Shown here one piece after another: positions 40,894-52,638 of a stretch of 64,000 nucleotides of DNA. Both the position numbers and the translations under genes were made by a program. Origin of the DNA: Marsupella aquatica (taxonomy: Eukaryota > Plantae > Marchantiophyta); contig OZ316893.1 in NCBI GenBank assembly GCA_973895155.1, positions 3,578,490 to 3,642,489 of the forward strand, written 5' to 3'. Numbering within the stretch: the first letter of the stretch is position 1; each line of letters starts with the position of its first letter. A model generated the notes under the pieces. The model saw only the letters and a list, made by a program, of their open reading frames with translations, did no database searches and was not told the DNA's origin.

Positions 40894-41170
40894 CAGCTTT
40901 TTTTCTAGTGGCGAAAATTCACCAAATTCCACCTCCCCAAAAAAGCTTTTGCCATTTTGACAAAAAATTGCTACTATTTTTCTGTCTCACTAGCCACTGT
41001 TCCACCTAATCACAGGTCCCATTAGCCAGAATCTAACAATCATCCTTAACTCTAGGGAGATCTATTGGTCAGGAAAGTAATCAGATAAATAACATTTTGA
41101 GCATTTTCTCCTTCACACACTGGACATTCGCCCCTCTGGCAAAAAAATAAAAACCTTAAAAAATACAATG
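40894..41170. mobile_element. hAT-like MITE, 277 bp, with 8-bp TSD CATGGAAC; 3' end duplicated in tandem
   Basis: CATGGAAC at 40886-40893 and 41171-41178. Ends cagcttttttt.../...aaaaaatacaatg, with subterminal tggcgaa/ttcgcc motifs. A 108-bp unit spanning the right end and TSD is repeated, giving a third CATGGAAC at 41279-41286. Confidence 0.7.
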
Positions 41171-41392
41171 CATGGAACCACACACTATATCAGTCAAACT
41201 CATTTTGAGCATTTTCTCCTTCACATACTGGACATTCGCCACTCTGGCGAAAAAATAAAAACATTAAAAAATACAGTGCATGGAACCACGCACTACATCA
41301 GTCACAGTATATCAGTCACACTGTCTAGGGTCGAAGTACCTTCCGTTTCTCATCGTCGTAGTATGTCATCCTTTTGCTGATTGTTTCGAGAT

Positions 41393-44300
41393 ATGCCCCA
41401 GGTGTGCTGCTCGGCGAAGCATCTTTCAGATATGCACCCGTTCTGCTGCTCTTCGAAGCAGCTTTCGCACTTACGATTCCGGTCGTCGCTGGCTCTTTCG
41501 TCTCTCCTGCGGTCATCGCCGCCGTCGTCGTCGTGGCCATTCTCAGATCAAGCTTGTTGCCGCTCGTTTGTGAGTAGTAGTCCTAAGGTATGGAGTGTTG
41601 GACGAGTTGCTCATTTAGCAGCGGCGCCTGTGCTCAAGGCCAAAAGTGTGCCAAGCGTTCTGCTCGCTTCCCCTTTCCAGGATGCGGTTTTGCTAGAGGA
41701 GAGCAGAGCAGTAGAAACACCCCCTTCTTCCACTGCCAAAGATGAAGCTCATGTCCCTGTTCTTCTCAAGGAGGTCATCTCACAATTTCAGGGTCGACGG
41801 TTGCAGTCCTTCGTTGATTGCACCCTTGGTGCTGGAGGCCATGCTTCTGCTGTAAGTCCCTTATGCCCTCTCGTATCATTCCAATTTTCCAATTTTCGTA
41901 ACAAATCCCCCGTAGCAGAGATCCCTATATTGACTTCTCTGGGCGCAATTACGGAGGCAACATTGTCTCTCGCGGGAAGACCGGGTGAAATTTTTTTTGT
42001 GCCACGAAAGTAACCTTTGGATCATCCGGATCAAATTCACACGAGCTTCTTGTACTCTTTAAGTTTTGTTCAAAGTCTCAAAGAGGAGTTTGTCCAACAT
42101 TTGAGCGGTAGGAGCTGACTATGGAGAAGGTGTGAAATTTTACTCACTGGCTGGAGGCAGTACATTCTGACCAGGTTTTATTAGCTCCTCGCACTGGACA
42201 GAGGTTATGGGGTTTAGGTTTACCAGAGAGTCACGAGAATTGATCCTCTGGCTGTTCAATGCTGGTAATTTGGGTTTGGCATGTCGATTCTATAGGCTTG
42301 CCAAATTTTCTACGCACGAGTAGCGGCCATGTCCGCGGCATTGAACCATACAAGAGTAGAAATCACCAATCACCCTTGATATGCTTCCTAGCCAAATCAC
42401 ACCTGCAGGTTACTTTTGAATTTTGAAGACGCTTCTTTTCCAATTTGTCTCTACCTCGATTAATGTCAGTCTACGAGAGAATCTAAGTTTGCTCGCGGTG
42501 CTGTGCGCTGAACAGATTGTATCAACCCATCCCGAAATGGAGGTTTTTCTTGGCATGGATGTTGATCCAGTAGCACATGCCGAGGCTCATCCCAGGCTTC
42601 AACATGCCGCAGCCTCTCATGCGCTCTCTGGAAGTAGTACAGAGGTGAAGATCTTACTGAAACGCTCAAACTTTACCAACATCAAGAGCGTCATCAGGGA
42701 AATGGCCCCAATGCTGACAACCGGAGGAGTAGACGGCATCCTCATGGACTTGGGCATGTCTTCGATGCAGGTACACTAAACTCAGTTGTTTACGAAGTAG
42801 TTGTACGACTGAAATAATACGTGGTTCACCGATTGCTTAAGCGGGCCAACGTGATCCGCATCTTAAGTACTACCCGTAAAGGTGCACTAGGGAGGAGAAT
42901 AAGGCTCTGAATGGATTTTTTTTGTACTTTCTCTTCGTGAAGGGGTAGCTTGATCTCCTGGTCCATTTTTCTAGCGGGGCAATGGAAATTTGATTAGCAT
43001 GGCTGAAATCCACTGACACAGGTTAACGAGGCAGACCGAGGCTTCAGTTTTATGAGAGATGGACCTGCCGACATGCGAATGGATCCCACCGTAAGATTTT
43101 TCTCCCCTAATACTTGAAGAGATCGAAATGTGTCAAAGCAACAGAAGATTCTCAATTGTTAAGTAGGTGAACTTATCTCTTCTCCCCAATATATTCAGGT
43201 CTAGACGCCTCACCTTTCAGCGGCTACGTAGTTGAGTCTGCTCGCCTCCACTAATTTTCATCCCGTGGCAATTCATCTGCGAAATTAATAGAATTATTGG
43301 CCAAGCAGTTTGAGATCCTTCTGAGATCATTTTGCTCCACCAGTTTGCCCCTTGAAGTGTGGAAAAGATATGGAACCAAAACTATGATTTTGGGTAATAA
43401 CAATTTGACCGCCCTACTTGGGTCCACTTGGGGGCAAGCTTAGCAAATCAGGAAATAATGTACTCGTAAAGTTGTCAAATGACTTAGCAGTTGTGCACGA
43501 TGCTGAGGGCTGTTTATTATTTCACTCTTCTTTGGCATTGGGATTGTCATGTCTTTTGCTCTACTAACTTGCCTGACATTTTCCCAGGCAACCTTGAGTG
43601 CAGAAGTAATATTGAATACATGGTCAGAAGCTGAAATAGGACGAATTTTACGTGATTATGGTGAGGAGCGACGATGGAAGTACTTAGCGCGAAAAATTGT
43701 TCAGGAGCGCCTGTCCGGCGGCATTAGTACCACATCTCAGCTAGTTGAGGTCATTGGTGGCAGTTCCTTCATACGGACTAAAGGTACATCCCTATCTTGT
43801 ATCACAATTTCGTGCCATGAACTGCAAAGTGTGTTGTGTTTCTGAAAAACCCGGTTACTTATATGTTACATGGATAACCGTCTGGTTTCCATTGTAATCA
43901 ATGCCGATATTTCTGCCCAGAGAGCTCTAGTAATTTTTTAGATCTCGATGGATTACCTTGTTTTGTAGGCAAGCACGGGAGACTCAAGCCGGCTTCACAT
44001 CCGGCAACCCGCACTTTCCAAGCCCTGCGCATAGCTGTAAATGATGAGTTAAAGTCATTAGAATTAGCGCTCTGTGATGCCCTCAGCTGTTTGTCACCCG
44101 GGGGAAGGCTTCAGGTTATCACTTTCCACAGTTTAGAAGACCGAATCGTCAAGCAATTCTTTCTAGCTGCAGCAGGGTTGCAAAAGACTGCACACGACTG
44201 GGAGGAAAGCAAAGGTGATTTGAGTATTCCAATGGAGTACACACATATCCCCGGGGAAACCCGACATACTAAATATATGAGGAAAAAATCCCGTGATAGT

Positions 44301-44450
44301 CAGTTAGAAGTCACAAGAAGGAACAAAAATGTTATAGAAGGTCCAGGAGCAATTATTTTAACCAAAAGGCCAATTGTCCCTAGTGATGAAGAGATTAATC
44401 GCAATCCTAGAAGCAGAAGTGCAAAGTTGAGAGTGCTTGAAAAGAAATAA
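41393..44450 (+). CDS. rsmH: Organellar 16S rRNA m4C methyltransferase RsmH/MraW, 5 exons
   Basis: Exons ~41393-41851, 42517-42770, 43022-43090, 43588-43783 and 43969-44450. Motifs: [86 protein letters not shown]. Transit-peptide-like N-terminus. Confidence 0.95.
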
Positions 44451-47296
44451 AGCCTTAAAGCTGCAAAATTCAAGTCCAATAAAAATGGCGTTCCACTGGG
44501 CAAATCTGTAGTTGTTCCTGGTATTGGAAGCCTCATTGCCGTGTCTAATGAGTTATTTTGCCTCTGATTCTAAATTATCAAGAGGGCATTCATTGTCTTG
44601 CCTGAAGCGACTTTCCAGTGTATTCCTGTTACGTGAAAGGTACCTGAGTCTCAAACGATGGGATATGTGCATCTCGTGGTCTCCTTTGCAACAAATAGCT
44701 TCCCTTGTGGAATGTTTGTGGAACTGCATCTTTAAATGGGCTTGTCCCTGTGGGCAAAGTCGCTCGGCATTTCATCTGGATGGACTGAGAGAAAGAGGAA
44801 CTTCACGAGGGTTTGCAATCTGATGGTCGACCCTAAACCCTGACCTTAAACCCTCAACTAAGTTGTGGTACCACTCTGTCCAGCGGAATGACATAGTAGA
44901 ATGAGAGACAGCTTCAGCCATCAATGGACTAGCCCTTAAGTTAAGTTCTGCCATTTTCAGTGCTACCATGGCCATCCAGGTATCCAGCAATGAAGTTATT
45001 GGTGCTTGAGTAGTTGAAGTGGCAAGACTCTGGAGTGAGCACTTCTTTGCGGAAACTCAAGCTCGCCAGAAGTGGCATGCGGGAGGCACCATCTGGCAGA
45101 CCAAGATCCCGGGTTTTTAAATAGCGAGAGATGGTGGGGCATGCACGGCATGTTTGCTAAGGAGGTTGCATCAAAGATTTTTCCTGCCAGGCACGCCATG
45201 TGACCAGGTGGGGATGCTCTCCAGTAGGACATCTCAAATCTCTCCTTTCTGCCTCCGGTTGCAGTCAAAATGTGTGTCTGCACACTCCTTAATGTGTGTC
45301 TGCACAATCCTGACCGGTGACGGACACTGGTAGTTTTGGGCCAAATGTTTTTCTGTGAACTTCCAGGTTTGAAATGCCCTAGTAATAAGTGCAGATACCT
45401 GGATCACTCCGAGATATATCTTGTTTTACTCCACTCCCAAAGCTGGTGTATATCTATACGTACCTACACTATGGTTATACAGTTGACTTATCATCAATAG
45501 TTGAATAATTCCTCAAACACTTATGATGTTGTGCAATACACAGATCAGTGCCTACCCGAGTGCACATAGGGGTCTTTGTCCCTAGGGCTTTGGACTTAGA
45601 GCGGTTAGATTATAATATCTTCTGCAGTACTCTGCAGATAAAAAGATCTCCCTGATTGCTCTACTTAAAAATTACTGGCTTAGTGGGATCCTTAAACGTT
45701 GCTTTATGAGGTTCAACGTATGAAAACTTGGAAATTATTTGATTTGTCCTTTGCCAAAAGGTTTCAAATTGCAGAAGATTTATGCCAAAGACATGAAAAA
45801 GTTTATGCCCAACCCCAGAATCACCATTTCACTTTCTCAGAACAAAAAATGTTCTTCTAAGTGGCACATCACATTCTCCAAATGATACCATTGTAAGACA
45901 ATGGTTTGGCCTTTTACATAGACTTGTCTGGGTCACGGACAAGTACAAAAGGATTGACCGAAAGCATGGTTGGACAAGGGGGGAGAGGTATGGGTGAGGA
46001 TACATGAAGCTGATACTGGGAGTGATGGTGGCCAATTGGGGATGCTGTAATCCACAAGGTGATGGAAGAGTGGTGGTTCCAAAAGGGTCACCATTTCTAA
46101 ATCAGATAATAAATCTGAAACCAACTACACTAGCATTAGTCCGCCTTCTCCTTTTCATCCTCCTCTCTTTCCTTGACAATTTTAATTGTCACTAAACAAT
46201 TGTGGAAGGACTTTCCAGACATGTTTCTGCCCATAGAAACTCGAGCAGGTGCTGGGCCTGAAACTTAGTTTCTTGTGAAGAGAAGGATTCTGCCTCAATA
46301 GCTCACCCACCCAGTCAATTTTTTCATAGGTCAAATCCCATCTGGCAGCATCTGCCCTTTCTTGAATAACATATCCCCAACAATGTTACTCCCTTCCTGC
46401 CACGTACAAAACACACTACCTTGCTGTTACATAGAAAACACACATCAATCTCTTGCTAGAAAGGCAACAACCAACAATTGCACATAACCACCATGAACAA
46501 ACCTGCTCCTAGTATTCCACATGAGCAAGTTTGTAGATCCTTGTCAACCAACCAAATTGTCATTATTTAGCAACAATACCAAGTAACTTCATTCATAAAC
46601 AAATCAAAGTTAGTTCACATACATGTACAAGTGTCATAAGTGAAGGTTGCACATTGGCCTTTTCATTCACCATATAAACAAGGGGTTTTAGACCCTTGGA
46701 TGTTGCAACAAGCTTGTCTCGGACAAAGGTTTTTGAAACATGTGCAAGAGCCTTCTCGTAATCCCAGCTCCGACCATTGGATAAAGAACTGGCATTCAAA
46801 ACATTATCGTTACCGTTAGAACGTCGCCCTTCTCAATGCTCCCATTTCGATGCTTACTTTGTTCTCTGCCCACGCAATGATCACACCGCTGCAGTGTAGC
46901 CGACGAGCCAATCCCCACTGTCTCTTCGGACAGCTTTTGGATTGAAAAATACTCAATCAATCATTCTTATCCCGCAACGGAATCAAATTTCAGGTGTAAT
47001 GGAGGAATGTGAGAGTAGCAAAACAAAGCTCTATTATTTGTCATGAAGCTAGTACTTTTGAGCTCCGATTGTCGGTGACTGACTGAATGCTCTTTTTTTC
47101 GTGTGATTGATTGTCGATTTTTGCAATTGGAGCGCTCTGCAAGGAAGAAGAATTATCTTGAGTGCTAGCTGTAGCTTCTCCTCGCAGTTAGGGGCCAAAT
47201 TCAGTTTGCGAAGGAGTAAGGAGAAGGAGGTCTTGATAGGATTATGAAATGAGTGAGTGCAGCAGCGCTATTGGATTGGAACTTCCTAGGCCTGAT

Positions 47297-47373
47297 GAGA
47301 TCGCGATGAGGAGAGTGCCGTTCTGTCATAGTTTAGGGTCTGGACAGAACGGCACTCTCCTCATCGCGATCTC
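47297..47373. ncRNA. Perfect 31-bp-stem hairpin; candidate MIRNA precursor
   Basis: gagatcgcgatgaggagagtgccgttctgtc (47297-47327), a 15-nt loop, then the exact reverse complement (47343-47373). Pairing extends imperfectly into the flanks. The RNA function is inferred. Confidence 0.45.
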
Positions 47374-47595
47374 GTTCTGGCCGTTTTAGACGTCTCAGTT
47401 GGCGATCTCAAACACACTTGCTTGTTCTTAGGCCTCCTGGGAATTCTTGGGTACTCCTCATTTGGAAGGAAGGAACCAGACGATTGATGAATAATTTAGT
47501 AGGGCATTGTCGTTGTGAAATAGGGGAACTGTGCTTGTGTATGTATCTATTTGTCCTCATATCCATTTGCTTTTGTTGGAGTTATTTCCCTACGA

Positions 47596-47995
47596 GCCCC
47601 ATGCCCGTGCGTTACACAGAAATGTCAAGGTGAGAGAAAGATGTCGAGGTGAGAAAATTATCATGACATGAGGAAAATATGTCAAGGAGAGAAAACAATG
47701 TGGATGTGAGAAAAGATGTCGAGCTGAGGAAAAGATGTTGAAATGAGAACAATATCATGTCAAGGTGATAAAAAGATGTTGGGGAGAGAAAAAAATGTCA
47801 AAATGAGAAAATGTGTCAAGGCCTGGCAAGATTACAAAAGCTCCATGAAGTAGTACGTTCTAGAGGCATGTTATGTATCATCCCGGCCATAGTCATTGTG
47901 GTTGTGTTCAGCACCCGTGTGTCACACATAAGATGTCATTGTATAAAAGATGTTGTGGAAAATAAGTAGTTGCATAAAAGATGTCTTTGCCTAAA
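47596..47995. repeat. Degenerate ~18-20-bp tandem repeat (aaagatgtcaaggtgaga-like), probably TE-derived
   Basis: About 11 diverged units at 47620-47820, preceded by gcccgtgcgttacac. A related acccgtgtgtcacac occurs at ~47913, followed by further aaagatgt motifs. Confidence 0.6.
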
Positions 47996-48813
47996 AGATG
48001 GTGTGGCCCAACTGAGGAAGGATAAATATATATTTTAGCAAAAATTTAGAGGGTACACCTGCACTAAAATATGGAAATATATGGTATAGGATTTTTAGCT
48101 ATAAACTTTAATCATGAAAAAAATGAAAAAAACCTTCAATTGTTTTTATAAAAGATTTTTCTCTCAAAAAACAAAAAAATTGATGAAAATGTATAATAAA
48201 GAAATTGCACTTCAGTCTTGAAGTACACTGGTCAATAAATAATACCACAAATAGTGACTAATTAATTAGTTTTGAAAAAAAGGAAAAAGACACACACAAA
48301 AGACAAAACAAAGTATAAAAAGGAAATGGAAGGGAACAAAAGACACACAAAAAAAATTAAAAATGTGAAAAAGGTACCGTACCGAAAAGATATAAAACGG
48401 GATTGGATCCAGAGGTTTGTATGTTTCCCAATCCAGGGTCACAAAAAGAAGTACTCTAAATCTTATGGTTGGGATTGATTCCCGCCAGTTCTATTTTCAA
48501 AAGCATACGATGCCTACAAAAAGAGCCGTTTATTTTAGTGTGTACAAGATACAAGATAGAAGATGGTACGACTCGTCTGAGTCTGTCAGGAAATGTGATT
48601 ATGGATTTCAACCTCACTCTTAAATCGGTTTCTCATTCATTTCATAAGAAGATCAAATTGAGGGGTTCTTGGAATTAAAATTCTGTCTGTCTTGTATCCG
48701 TTTCTCTGAAACTTAGGTCCGCCGACATTGGTTACTTTTCGATGCAGGGGAGTCGACTGGTCGGACAACTACCGTACTGCCGGAACCTGCCGTTGGACGC
48801 GAAAAGTTGAAAG

Positions 48814-51800
48814 ATGTCGACCAATATGAAGCCCTCCCCTAGAAAGCTTCAGGTATTCCAACACTCCAAATTCCTCTGCCAGAGTCCTCTTTCGAATTGA
48901 AGGTCCGAGGATGTTCGTGCTAGTTTACTCAACTCGGGCAGCTTCAATCCCGTTCCATAACTGCCACAAACAATTGAGTAGCAGTGCGACCATCGGGTCA
49001 CGGACCCGCATTCAAACCTTTCTCGTCACCGCTAGAACGCCGCTAGCCGAGGTGTTTTTCTCAACTATATGTTTTGTTCTCGATGCAGGAATCGGCATCT
49101 GCGATGCTGAGAAACATGGCGCCCATGCTGGCAAAAGCGCGCTCGCTAACGTTCAGGAAAATGCTGATGCCCGGCCCCGAGGTGAATCGAGCCAGCCAGC
49201 AAACGGAGCTCATCAAGTGGCAGCAGGACATGTTCCACCGTGTCTTGAACACCATGTGCTTGGTGCAAGACAACCTCCTCGACGCGTCCGAATTAGTGGC
49301 GGTCCGCGAGCACATTGTTCGAACTCTCATCGCTGTTCATCCTGACGGAGAATGGGCCGAGTTTACGCGTGACAAGCTCCTCTTCTTACAGGTTTGTTGG
49401 CTAGCGCCATCCCTGCAATACACCAGTTCATATAATTTGAATCGAACCACTCATAAAGATCTGCTTTCTCCGGTAACAAGAATGTCAATGGGACTGCCAA
49501 AGATTTTGCTTTGTACAGAGCTTCCATGAATGCCACCAATGAAGTATTCCGTGGGTACTCTAACTATGATCACCAAGTTACTGCTCCACCCCTGTATTGT
49601 GATTTTGTCATGAGATGACTCTTCTTTTGTCCAATCCGAAGCCAAAGTTAATTTAGACAGTTGGCTCTGAAGTTCCTCGGGTCGCAATTCTAGTCCCTGT
49701 ATTGAAAGTTTGTGATGATCTAATTCATCTTCTGCTGTCGGGTATGGCCGTCTGCAGTTCAAGAGATTGCCTAGTGTTCAATTTGCACTCCCTTATAGCG
49801 GGACCTTGGATTGCCTTGTATGTGATATCAGGACTTGTACCAGGCTCGCTGCATATCGGAGGACGACTATCACACCGCCAAGCAACCCATTCTGGAGCGA
49901 CTAGCTGAGCAAGGAGCGCAGCTCGGTACTCAAGACTTCGAGTTCAACTCGCAAGAGTTGAAAGATGCAGTGGCCTCCAGACTTGCTGCCAATGAAGCAC
50001 CATCTCATTGCGAGGATACCGCAGAAATCGATGATCCCGTACCAGCTACGACCGCCGAATTAGGGTCCGCTAAAAAGAAGACTCCTATCAAGCACGTCAT
50101 GGATGCTATGTCGCGGCTCACCGCTGCCAGTAGCAAAAGGAAACTAGACTTATCCTACTTTGATGACAAGCAAACGAGAGAAGAAGTCAAGCCAGCTCGA
50201 GTACCTCATGCTCTCGATTTCCTGCGCCCACCCGACTGCCCAACCCGAGATCCACCAGAGACTCCTGCGCATCACAAACGTGGCTCCGATAACTGGGAAT
50301 CTCCCCTATTTAAGTATTCTAGTGCAGGATCGACCACCAGGAGTCCATTCCCTCAATTGTCTAGCGACACAACAGACTTGCTTCCCCAATTGTCTAGTCT
50401 GACACTGAATGACTTCGAGAGCCCTCCTTCTGTGCCTTCTTCCCCAGGGCCTGCCACTCAGACCAAGCCAACTCTCCCACGCTCGAATTCGTTAACACCT
50501 TCCAAGTTGTCTTTCACTCCCAGATCTGCACTCACACCCAGCAAATCACTCACCCCCAGTAAATCTCCCCTTGGCCCCAGCCACTCTGGTTCCAGGAGAC
50601 TCCCTCTGTCCGCCTCGCCCGCCAGCGGTAGACATGAGTCTCTCAGCAGGAAGTTCTCTGGGCTGCTGCGAGGATGGCAGAAGGAGGTCGAACCAGAGAT
50701 CGTAGATTCCGACGAGGAAGACGTTGAGGAGACGTCTGACTACCACCATGTCACACCCAAGAAGAACTTGTGGCAGAAGCTGGATTTAAGGGGAGCAGGA
50801 TCATCGAAGAGAGTGGATGACGACGATGACTTTGGAAAGGAGATTTCTGACAAGGATCCTCTTTTGTCCGCCATTGAAGACTACCCGGCTGAGAAGGTGA
50901 AGAGTGGTTTTATCAATGGACAAGGTCCGAACGTCAAGAAATTGAAGAAGAAGGTGGATGTTCGTGCAGCTCCAACAAATTTCTTCATTGACCAGGTGGC
51001 AGTTAAGTTTTTTCTGTGTGTTGTGCTTAGATTGGACATATTTTCTCGTGATTGCAATTGAAGACAGGGAATTTCAATGCCTTCCGGATGCCTGAATCTT
51101 AGTCATTGGACTTCTCTCGCTTCTGTCGTGGACTTTCAATCCTCCTGATCAGTTTCAAGAATCCACATAGGCAGTCAACATATGTGAGTCGCGTGCTCAC
51201 CTTCTCCATGTTCTGAACAGGTTCTTGGGGAAAACATTAAGACTGAGCTAGAACGCATACGAAGAGAAATGGCCGGGTCCAACCCTGGCCAGCAGACTTT
51301 CACGTGAGTTAGTCTATCTCCTATCGGAGCTGTCGTGTTCCTTCGGATTTGGTTGTGTTGGTTGGAGTTTATGCTTGCAAAATCAATGAAACATATTATT
51401 TTTCTTGATGCAGCAACGAACAGATTGAAGCTATTGCCACGCGGCTGCCAGTCGATAAGAATGAGCTCATGCGCTTCTTCCCCAAGTAAGGGACTCATCC
51501 TATTCCAGTCAAGTTCATGACATACCGAACCTCAATCTTAGCGAATTGCTCTAGAGATCAAAATAATGGTTCCTGCAAAATTGCAACACAACACGTTTTC
51601 TGCTTTGCTATCTTGTAGACGCCTTCGCCTCCATGTCTATGAATGAGGGGAAAGACTAACCAAACTCGCTCAATTTCTTGGTCAGAGCTTGGTGCGACAA
51701 GTACGGCGACGTCGTACTCGAAGTTGTGCATCAAGAGTTCAAAGGTCATGTAAGTGAGATGGATGGACTCCGCAAAGCAAGCAAGGAGAAGCGGCGGTCT

Positions 51801-52139
51801 CGGCTCACGTCAAAGCACCAGGAGAATGATGAGAACAGGAAGAGTACCGACTCCGGCCAGACTACTGAGTCAATACCGAGTCCCAAGAAGCAGCCATCGC
51901 TGCAGAGGAGTACGTCTACGAAGCCGCCTGTGACAAGGGTTTATACAACGGAGGGCACCGATTTCAAGGCTGCTTCTGTCCACGAACGGACGCAGTCTTT
52001 CTCAACAGTTTCCCCAGCACCACCTTCAGGAGGACGAGCGAGGCGAGGCCTGGCTTATGAAGAACTTGATTCAAAGTTGGGTGCTGAGATTCTTCGAATG
52101 CCCTTTAGGAATTTCAATGAATCCACTCGTTACCACTAA
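48814..52139 (+). CDS. Conserved land-plant protein of unknown function, 6 exons
   Basis: Exons ~48814-48852, 49089-49391, 49832-50995, 51221-51303, 51413-51484 and 51686-52139. Blocks LIKWQQD.FHR.LN, RDKLLFLQ-DLYQARCISEDDYHTAKQPILERLA, FFIDQVLGENIKTELERI, LPVDKNEL..FFP-WCDKYGDVVLEVV match a recalled uncharacterised angiosperm family. Ser/Pro-rich linker. Confidence 0.85.
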
Positions 52140-52638
52140 AGCTAACGACCACACCCGCCTAGAAATAGAAGCATCATGATGTAGGCAATATTATAATCGT
52201 CGTGGAAGTGGAGCTTAATTTTCCATCTCGAGACCGAAAAATTTAGAGTGGGGCCACATCAGGAATAATGAAACTAACCGCGGATGACTGACGTTGACAT
52301 TCATTTGTCAGAACCTCTTCAAGTGCGGGCTAAGAATTTGTGAATACATTTTGATGACTAGAAAGTAGTACCTAGCTACCATTCATAACTAGGTATAATA
52401 GCCGAATAGATGTCTCTAGGTGGAACTTGTAAGGTTGCAACAAGGCTTTTCTAGATGAAACTTGCAAGGTTGCAACATTGCAATCTGTGACCTACGGCTG
52501 CTTGTTTCTGGGTGCGGGACAGCATGTCAGAATATTGCCTAATTCTTTCCAATAACAGAGAGATTGTGTACTGTATGTCGAGCTTCATCATTCTGCTTAT
52601 TGTCCGAATTATAATGTTGCTTCACCCTAACAGTAGAG

